Source of the DNA: Promethearchaeota archaeon
Lineage (GTDB): Archaea; Asgardarchaeota; Heimdallarchaeia; Hodarchaeales; Hodarchaeaceae
Direction: 5' to 3'
Assembly (NCBI GenBank): GCA_048938105.1
Contig: JBHLMN010000011.1
Location: forward strand, 143,709 to 207,708
Length of the DNA stretch: 64,000 nt
This document shows, piece by piece, positions 57,044-64,000 of the stretch. A program made the translations under genes and the position numbers. Numbering within the stretch: the first letter of the stretch is position 1; every line of letters starts with the position of its first letter. The notes beneath the pieces were generated by a model that had not been told where the DNA came from, made no database searches, and worked only from the letters and a program-made list of their open reading frames with translations.

Positions 57044-59608
57044 ATGATTAGGGAAAAATCAAGTTTATTGTTTGTTTGTGGTCTAATATGCTTAATATTC
57101 TCTACAGTGATTACTGATCTAAATACTAATAAGACTGTAACATTAGAAGATCATTGTAATAGAGATTTTGATCCAGATTTTCGCGTTACTTTCATTTCTC
57201 ATAGTGAAATAATAATCCATAATGATACAGATTTTCACAATCAGGCTATTATAGAAAATTGGGAGGGAAGTGGAATAATTACAGATCCATATGTTATTTC
57301 CAACTATAATATCACCTCACGTGGAGGAGCAGGAATTCAGATATCAAATACTTCTGTCTTTTTTCAATTAGAAAATAACATCATTTCTAATTCAACTGAT
57401 AGTGAAATAGGTGCATTTCATCTGGAGAAGGTAACTAATGGAATATTGATCAATAATACTGCTAAGAATTGTTACAGAGGTTTCTATTTAAATACAACAG
57501 ATGGTATTACCATCACTAGAAATCATGCAGAAAGTAATACATATGGATATAATATCATTAACAGCAATAATACAGTTATCAATAGAAATACCGCTAAAGA
57601 GAATTTCTCCGGGTTTTATTGGGATCGTGGTACTAACAATGAAATAATTAATAATTCGGTTCAGACTAATACCTATGGTTTTTTCTTATTTGATATGTGG
57701 CAGAGTACCATTAATGAAAATACTGCCACAAGGAATAATGATGGTTATTATCTTCAAGATCTATATAATTGTACCTTTAAAGCAAATTATGCTGAAAACC
57801 ACACCCAACGTGGATTGTTTATGTTTTCTGTACAAAATTGTACTTTTAGTAGAAATATAGTAACTAAAAGCCAAAGTCATGGTGTTTCAATTTTATATTG
57901 TAGATTAAACTCATTTAAGAAAAATTGGGTGTCTTTTTGTAATGAATCTGGATTTTACATGATGGATGGAGTCAATAACAGCTTTGAGGAAAATATGGCT
58001 AAACAAAACAACCATTCTGGTTTTTACCTTCATTATTCGGAAAATAACACACTCCTCCAAAATACAGCAGATGAGAATAAGTATGGGTTTACATTAGAAT
58101 CGTCACAGGGGAATTTTATTGACAGAAATCTTGCACAAAACAACATCGCATCAGGGTTTAATCTAATTAGTGAAAATAATACTCTTAGGTGGAATTCAGC
58201 GATAACCAACAAGCTTTATGGTGTTAACTTAACATCCACAAGTGGATTCAACATAATAACGTGGAATGCATTCTTTAACAACAATAATGGTGGGATTCAA
58301 GTTTATGATTCGGGTAGCAATAATATCATCCAGTTCAACCATTATGATGACCATCTTACACCAGATTCATCTGTTGATGGCTATGTCGATTTACCGTACA
58401 ATATTACTGGATCAGCTGACAATAAAGATCCGAATCCTCGTATTGCACCCATTTGGATCAATGATAACGCTGATTTTATTGATTTTGGTTTTGAAGGCAC
58501 AGGAACCATTAATGATCCTTATAGAATAGAAGGTTTTGTATTTATAAGTGAAAAAACTGATTTAATTTCTATTCAAAATACAACGATGCATTTTAATCTT
58601 TATAGAAATATTCTTAGAAGTAATGGTTATTCAGGAATCGTACTCAGCAATGTGCAACACGGATCTATCATAAATAATACAATTACATACTGCTCGTCAG
58701 GAATCTATATCCAGTCAGGGAGTAAAGAAATCAAGATTAAAAATAACTTACTTAGAAATAACTTTTATGCCCTTTACCTCCTTGAATCGAGTTTAAATCA
58801 GCTTCAAGACAATCTCATTATTCGAAATACGCTTCACGGTATTGTTCTAACTGGTTCAAGCAGTAATACGGTAATTGACAATATTTGTATTAGAAATCAA
58901 GGTGTTGGTATCTTAATGAGTTCTTCTGCCAATTTTAATTCGATCATTCATAACATCATTTTTGCAAACATCCTTTGTAACGCTCTAGATGAGTCAAATG
59001 AAGGTAATTACTGGCTATCTAATGCCTTTGGAGGTCATCCTGGAAGCCAGCCTTACTGGATACAGGGAAAAGTTGGAGCTGTTGATTTAGAACCAAATTT
59101 TGTAGATACCGATTCAGATAGCATACCAGATTGGTATGAAACCATAATCGGGTTAAGTTTGACTACAAATGATAGTTATTTAGATTTGGATGTTGATGGT
59201 TTACCAAATATCTGGGAATATTTAATGGAACTAAATGCAACTGATGCTCTAGATGCAGATTTAGATCCTGATGGAGATCATTTTACGAACCTAGAAGAAT
59301 TTTCATATGGAATGGATCCCCATGTTTTTAATGAAGATTTACCATCAGATCTCCCACCACTGGTCACGGTAACCGAAACGATAACCGAAACTTATAATGT
59401 AACTGTTATAAGAAACAACACTTTACGTACAATAATAACTGTTAAAGAAACAAGTACTGTCACATCACCTTTGGAAGCAACAACAACGACAACAAAAGAA
59501 GCGTCAAGTCCAGGCTTTGAGCTAGGATTAGTTATTTTCATTATCATTTGTGGGACATTATATAAAGTCAGTCTAAGAAAGAAACCTCCCAATTCTGAAA
59601 GAAAATAA
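57044..59608 (+). CDS. Surface protein with two NosD/CASH beta-helix regions, DxDxDG calcium-binding repeats and PGF-CTERM
   Basis: Two G.G...DPY caps; many N.A..N..GF.L repeats; DTDSDSIPDWYE, DLDVDGLPNIWE, DPDGDHFTNLEEF; Thr-rich linker; SPGFE + TM + RKK. Confidence 0.9.
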   Translation: MIREKSSLLFVCGLICLIFSTVITDLNTNKTVTLEDHCNRDFDPDFRVTFISHSEIIIHNDTDFHNQAIIENWEGSGIITDPYVISNYNITSRGGAGIQISNTSVFFQLENNIISNSTDSEIGAFHLEKVTNGILINNTAKNCYRGFYLNTTDGITITRNHAESNTYGYNIINSNNTVINRNTAKENFSGFYWDRGTNNEIINNSVQTNTYGFFLFDMWQSTINENTATRNNDGYYLQDLYNCTFKANYAENHTQRGLFMFSVQNCTFSRNIVTKSQSHGVSILYCRLNSFKKNWVSFCNESGFYMMDGVNNSFEENMAKQNNHSGFYLHYSENNTLLQNTADENKYGFTLESSQGNFIDRNLAQNNIASGFNLISENNTLRWNSAITNKLYGVNLTSTSGFNIITWNAFFNNNNGGIQVYDSGSNNIIQFNHYDDHLTPDSSVDGYVDLPYNITGSADNKDPNPRIAPIWINDNADFIDFGFEGTGTINDPYRIEGFVFISEKTDLISIQNTTMHFNLYRNILRSNGYSGIVLSNVQHGSIINNTITYCSSGIYIQSGSKEIKIKNNLLRNNFYALYLLESSLNQLQDNLIIRNTLHGIVLTGSSSNTVIDNICIRNQGVGILMSSSANFNSIIHNIIFANILCNALDESNEGNYWLSNAFGGHPGSQPYWIQGKVGAVDLEPNFVDTDSDSIPDWYETIIGLSLTTNDSYLDLDVDGLPNIWEYLMELNATDALDADLDPDGDHFTNLEEFSYGMDPHVFNEDLPSDLPPLVTVTETITETYNVTVIRNNTLRTIITVKETSTVTSPLEATTTTTKEASSPGFELGLVIFIIICGTLYKVSLRKKPPNSERK

Positions 59609-59855
59609 AACATCCTCCTACCTAAAAGTTTTGAAGTCATTTTTGAGTATAACCAACGTGTAAGTAAAATTAACGTACTTTCAAGAAAAAAGGATCAAGT
59701 CTCCAAACATCAACATATCTCGCTTTATTTCTTCTAGTACGGCGCAGCTTTCATGCATATAAAACGCTAGTCTTAACCAACGTTGTTCAAAAAAAATGAT
59801 AAAGGAATAGTTTTTCCCTTAAAAATAAGAATAGAAAGATCAATTCATTTAAAAC

Positions 59856-60653
59856 TTAAATTGAGAATAAATTGATTAAAGCATAACAAGATAATACAAC
59901 ATTGAAACCCAAGAATAAACTAAAAAAGACGATGGTAGCAACTCTCAAATTATGTTTTTCTTCTTGATGCTTGAGTTGAGCTTCTTTTTGATTTTGAACT
60001 AGCCCTAAATTAAACATAAAAGGTTCTTTCCATACCAAAAAACACAAAACACCTGTTATTGTTCCAATCAAGTGAACTGTGTTTGTAAATCCGAAAAATG
60101 AAAAAAGATCATTTGCTTGAGGATCAATAAACAAAATTATTGTTATGGTCCAAGCCCAAATTGACATAATTGCTGTAAATAGGAATAGGGGATCCTTAAG
60201 TGCTCTTCTTTTGTCGTTTTTCCATTCCTTGTAGAGAATTATTGCAATAAAAATCCAAAAACTGTAAAGCATACCTGATGAGCCAAATCCAACGGTAGAT
60301 ATAGTTAAAGCATAAATTGCAACAAAGAAACTTGAGAGGAAGCACATGATAATAAATCTGGATGTTCCAATTACTCTTTCAACAATTGTACCCATTATAA
60401 CCAAATTCACAAGATTTGTAATTAAATGGAACCAAGATGGTAAATTTCTCCCACCATGACCAAATTGGCACGCAAAATACTTAATAAATTCTATAATATT
60501 AAATTGTTCAAGATTCGGGAGAAAAAATGTTTTCATTTCATTATAGTCTAGAAGAAGGGGGAATGTTATAATTAAGCAGCTTAAACCAAAAAGTAATGTT
60601 CCCCATGGTACAAGCATATCTTTCTTGAATAAGAGGGGTTTTAGAAGTGACAT
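59856..60653 (-). CDS. Rhomboid-family intramembrane serine protease
   Basis: FGHG..WFHLITN, VERVIG, GFGSSG (Ser), VHLIGTITG (His). Confidence 0.85.
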   Translation of the reverse strand: MSLLKPLLFKKDMLVPWGTLLFGLSCLIITFPLLLDYNEMKTFFLPNLEQFNIIEFIKYFACQFGHGGRNLPSWFHLITNLVNLVIMGTIVERVIGTSRFIIMCFLSSFFVAIYALTISTVGFGSSGMLYSFWIFIAIILYKEWKNDKRRALKDPLFLFTAIMSIWAWTITIILFIDPQANDLFSFFGFTNTVHLIGTITGVLCFLVWKEPFMFNLGLVQNQKEAQLKHQEEKHNLRVATIVFFSLFLGFNVVLSCYALINLFSI

Positions 60654-60936
60654 CCGAAGTCATTTAATAGAGACTCTAAATATGATTTTTGGATAATGCA
60701 ATATTCATCCTTGAAAAGACAGAATTCACAGATAATACTCACTAATAAAGTAACAGGGAATTGTTGGTTTCCTCAAGATTATTTATCAATGTAAATTCCT
60801 TTTACAATTGCTAAGCAAATGGTTAAGGATTTCCTAATGCTACTCGTAACTTATACCTTCGTATATATTTTTCTTAACCTAACCAACGTTAAACGACATT
60901 CCATATATTGTTATCATAATAAAAAAAGAAAAAATC

Positions 60937-61021
60937 AAGGAAAACCTCCCTCCTCACGAGAAACCCCCTCCAGGAAGATAATAGGATTAATACTTAGTAT
61001 AGAGCTGTTCAACTTCGGGTT
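60937..61021 (-). repeat. Partial second copy of the 53869-54140 structured element
   Basis: TACTTAGTATAGAGCTGTTCAACTTCGGGTT matches 53917-53947 at 28/31 positions; TCCCTCCTCAC block also shared. Confidence 0.85.
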
Positions 61022-61160
61022 AGATCAAGATATAGAGGGCAGCAATACCAAAAATGATACCAAAGGAAAAATTGAACAAGTTGGGGGCACCAATGACCAT
61101 AGTGCTAATACAACAATCAACGAAGAAACGATAGTGCAAAAGTTCCAGAAATCATCTTTT

Positions 61161-61622
61161 CTACAGTGTGGTTAGAATCTGACTTATATCTTTCCCCCAA
61201 TGGGCAGCACGCTCCAGTTCTCCCTCTTTCAACGGACCTTTTCTACCCTTAACAAAGAAAGGTTCTGGAGAGGCAATGAGAATCCCCCCTTTCTTCTTCA
61301 GACTCTTAGCTATTTTGCCTGCAGCATAACCAAAGATTTTGACCAATCTGGTCGATAGCCTGGTATCGAAGGTAGCAACATTGATATCTTTAATAGCAGA
61401 GTCAGAAATGTTGTTAAGAAAGTCTCGCATCGATTCTGTAGGACTACCCGCATGAGTAGGGGAACCAATAATGAGGAACTTCACTTCCGCTAATTTGTCT
61501 GGATTCACATCACTTACTCGAACTAATTCAACATCCATTTGGGAGTTGAGAGCATTACCAATCGCTTGGGCCACTTGTTCTGTATTACCATAAACCGAAT
61601 CGTAAATTATCAATCCATTCAT
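61161..61622 (-). CDS. Flavodoxin
   Basis: YDSVYGNTEQVA, IGSPTHAG, ATFDTR, GPLKEGELERA. Confidence 0.93.
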   Translation of the reverse strand: MNGLIIYDSVYGNTEQVAQAIGNALNSQMDVELVRVSDVNPDKLAEVKFLIIGSPTHAGSPTESMRDFLNNISDSAIKDINVATFDTRLSTRLVKIFGYAAGKIAKSLKKKGGILIASPEPFFVKGRKGPLKEGELERAAHWGKDISQILTTL

Positions 61623-61771
61623 AGAGATATACCTTCAATCCGATTCTAAAGAGGTCAATCAAAAAAAAATAGAAGTGACTTTTAATTATTTGTTTGAATC
61701 ATTCCAGAATGTCATTACTGATGAAGGAGTAACAGATCACCTAAGGTATTATAGAATAAATCCCAGTCCTT

Positions 61772-62359
61772 CTAAAGGGTAACCTGAAGGTAAGGAAAGT
61801 TTTGAACATTATAAAATTTAAGAATAGTACGACCTAGGGTTTCAAATACCTCATTGATATTATAACCAGTAAGCGCAGAAGTAGACAAAAAGGGAAGTGA
61901 TTTTAAGGGAGTTTTATGCTTGAGATTCTCAATAAAATCCTTAATTTCGTTAGGATCAATTGTACTTTGCAGATCAGCTTTATTTCCAACTACCAAGAAG
62001 GGAATGACGTAATTTATATTAGACATTATTTCGTTTATCCATTTCTGTAAATGATGTAAGGTTTGAGGGGAAGTAAAATCAAATACCATAATTATCGCAC
62101 GGGATCCTTTATAGAAACTAACTCTCACAAACTCAAAATGGGGTTGCCCAGCAATATCCCAGATCTGAAAATTTATTACAGAATTTTCTATGGTTATTCT
62201 TTTGACTGCAATTGCCATTCCGATCGTTGGTTTATATCCAACTTGAAACCTCTCTTCTGTTTGAAGAAATCGTTCTAAGATGGTAGATTTCCCTACTCCA
62301 CCATCCCCAACTAAACAGACCTTGTACAAGGGCTCCTGATTTCCTTTATAAAGATCCAT
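61772..62359 (-). CDS. Rab-like small GTPase
   Basis: GDGGVGKS, YKPTIG, WDIAGQ, NKAD, TSAL. Confidence 0.95.
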   Translation of the reverse strand: MDLYKGNQEPLYKVCLVGDGGVGKSTILERFLQTEERFQVGYKPTIGMAIAVKRITIENSVINFQIWDIAGQPHFEFVRVSFYKGSRAIIMVFDFTSPQTLHHLQKWINEIMSNINYVIPFLVVGNKADLQSTIDPNEIKDFIENLKHKTPLKSLPFLSTSALTGYNINEVFETLGRTILKFYNVQNFPYLQVTL

Positions 62360-63199
62360 TTTAGTTCATTCCACTTTAAAACATATGAATATGGAGATTG
62401 ATTTCAAAAAGGTTACTAGATAACCCACCCGTTAATTATTCACATGACCAATAAGGAATGTTTTCTAAACAAAATGACCTTATTTGAGCCCTTTTAATCC
62501 TTCATCTTAATAGCATTCCATGCTATCTCACAGGCTTCAGTAATATGATTCTCATCCATGGTAAATACTACCTCAAAGTGGAAGTTTAGTAAAGTGATAA
62601 TCGGGAAAAAAGGCGAATGATGTCAGAAGTGGAATTGGGAGATCCTAGATAATTTGTTCTTTTATACCCCGTTGAAAAAGATTTGTAACATAATTATACA
62701 ATTTAGAATCTTCATGTTTGATAACTTATCCAACGTTCACTGACATCTTATTAATTAACTTTTAATTAGTAGATTAATCAAAAAATACTGTGTGTTATGA
62801 ACTCATTTTTGCTAGGAGGGCCTGCACATATGTGCGCATCTGTCTTCCCAATGGTCACAATTCACGACCAACAAATACCATAATTAAATTGACCATCAGA
62901 AAAATGATCACACATTGAATGATTTTGGGCTTGTTAACTGCTCATCCATTAAATTCTGGGCGTCAGTAAATCGTTCTTGTTCAATTAATGTGTCTATATG
63001 TTGATATAAGGTAAAAAAGTCCATATTAACTAATGTCGACACGAATCAGTATAAAATTTTATGTAAAAAACTGATTGGTTTACTCATTCAACTCTGGATC
63101 TAATTTAACATACATTAATAAATCAGCAGAAATCTAATATTGAAATCATACCTAAATTGATTCAAAATTCAAAAAGAACAGGGTGGAACCATAAAACAG

Positions 63200-63787
63200 G
63201 TGTTAGATTTGGAGAATAAAGCAAGTGATATTGTTAGCAACAAAAAATCAAGATTAGAATCGATTAATGATTATTTCTCCAAGTTAGCAGAGGCAGAGCT
63301 AAGCGATGAAATCTCAGTTGCAGATATTGGAGCGTCTATTTTTCTATTAGTAGTTAATGGCTTACTTGGATTGTACTTCATTGCTCATCAGGCGGAGGCG
63401 ACAGGCTTTTTCACCCCTAAGTTCAGTACATTAGAGATGGTCTTGCTTTATGGAATATTGATTTACTGGATTACAACATCAGTATTAATATTAATAGGTC
63501 AAAAACATCCGTCACGAAACCTAGATACTTATGGTGGACTCTTATTTGCGTCTTTTGCTATTCTTTGGCTCCTATTAGTTTTTCCATTTGATTTCACTCA
63601 TTTTGCAGATGTTTGGCAACCAGAATTCCTCAAGTTTCTAGTTCAGTGGATTTCTAATGAAATCGCGTGGGTGTTACTAGTTCTACTCTTTATCGTTCAC
63701 ATATTTTTTACTATATTTTCAATGATATTAAAGTGGTATGTGCTCAAAGCACAAGCACAAAGAAAACTTGGTGAAAAAAATGAATAA
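63200..63787 (+). CDS. Hypothetical membrane protein (about 4 TM)
   Basis: 195-aa hydrophobic ORF; TGFFT and [10 protein letters not shown] segments. Confidence 0.7.
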   Translation: MLDLENKASDIVSNKKSRLESINDYFSKLAEAELSDEISVADIGASIFLLVVNGLLGLYFIAHQAEATGFFTPKFSTLEMVLLYGILIYWITTSVLILIGQKHPSRNLDTYGGLLFASFAILWLLLVFPFDFTHFADVWQPEFLKFLVQWISNEIAWVLLVLLFIVHIFFTIFSMILKWYVLKAQAQRKLGEKNE

Positions 63788-63800
63788 TAGTAAGGAAAAA

Positions 63801-64000
63801 ATGAAAGCAATAATTTACGAAGAATTTGGACCTCCTGAGGTACTAAAGGTTGTAGAAGTCGACAAACCTACTCCGAAGAAAAATGAGGTTTTAATCCGAA
63901 ATTATGCCACAACAATTGGTTATGGGGAAATTATTGCTCGGAATTTTAGAAATGTATCCCCAAGTAAATTTGCAATGCCTTTTTTATTTTGGTTGATTGC
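63801..64000 (+). CDS. MDR-family NAD(P)-dependent oxidoreductase (partial, runs off the window)
   Basis: Translated by hand: [38 protein letters not shown]; paralogous to 42501..43478. Confidence 0.88.
   Translation, partial: MKAIIYEEFGPPEVLKVVEVDKPTPKKNEVLIRNYATTIGYGEIIARNFRNVSPSKFAMPFLFWLI

Noticed and set aside
60819-61175. 118-aa + strand ORF
   Set aside because: No recognisable motif; it runs through the repeat element and the TAACCAACGTT motif and overlaps the flavodoxin end, so it is probably spurious.
1150-62278. Numerous 60-150-aa ORFs antisense to or nested in long genes (for example 1150, 13969, 38110, 42554, 44914)
   Set aside because: They lie within well-supported genes and have no motifs of their own.

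Overview
AT-rich archaeal chromosomal window, most consistent with an Asgard archaeon (Heimdallarchaeia/Hodarchaeales-like). The inference rests on three stand-alone Rab-like small GTPases, a histone-fold protein, PGF-CTERM-type surface proteins and archaeal DUF63/DUF1405/DUF2769 genes. I found no rRNA, tRNA, CRISPR array or transposase. The left half holds metabolic genes, two giant translationally coupled Ig-repeat surface proteins, wHTH regulators and a DUF6745 gene pair. The right half is accessory-like, with many gene fragments and short dispersed repeats. Best leads: (1) a three-gene operon (25337-30073) in which six copies of a sulfite-oxidase-type molybdopterin-binding fold are spread over a lipoprotein, a metallophosphoesterase and an ECF S-component, a candidate pterin-cofactor capture/dephosphorylation/import system; (2) a full-length homologue of eukaryotic prenylcysteine oxidase; (3) a histone with a 34-aa insertion in helix alpha2; (4) a GC-rich structured ncRNA-like element in one long and one partial copy; (5) a recurrent strand-biased intergenic motif TAACCAACGTT, one variant of which opens an attC-like hairpin. 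All family assignments come from motif recognition by eye; no searches were run.
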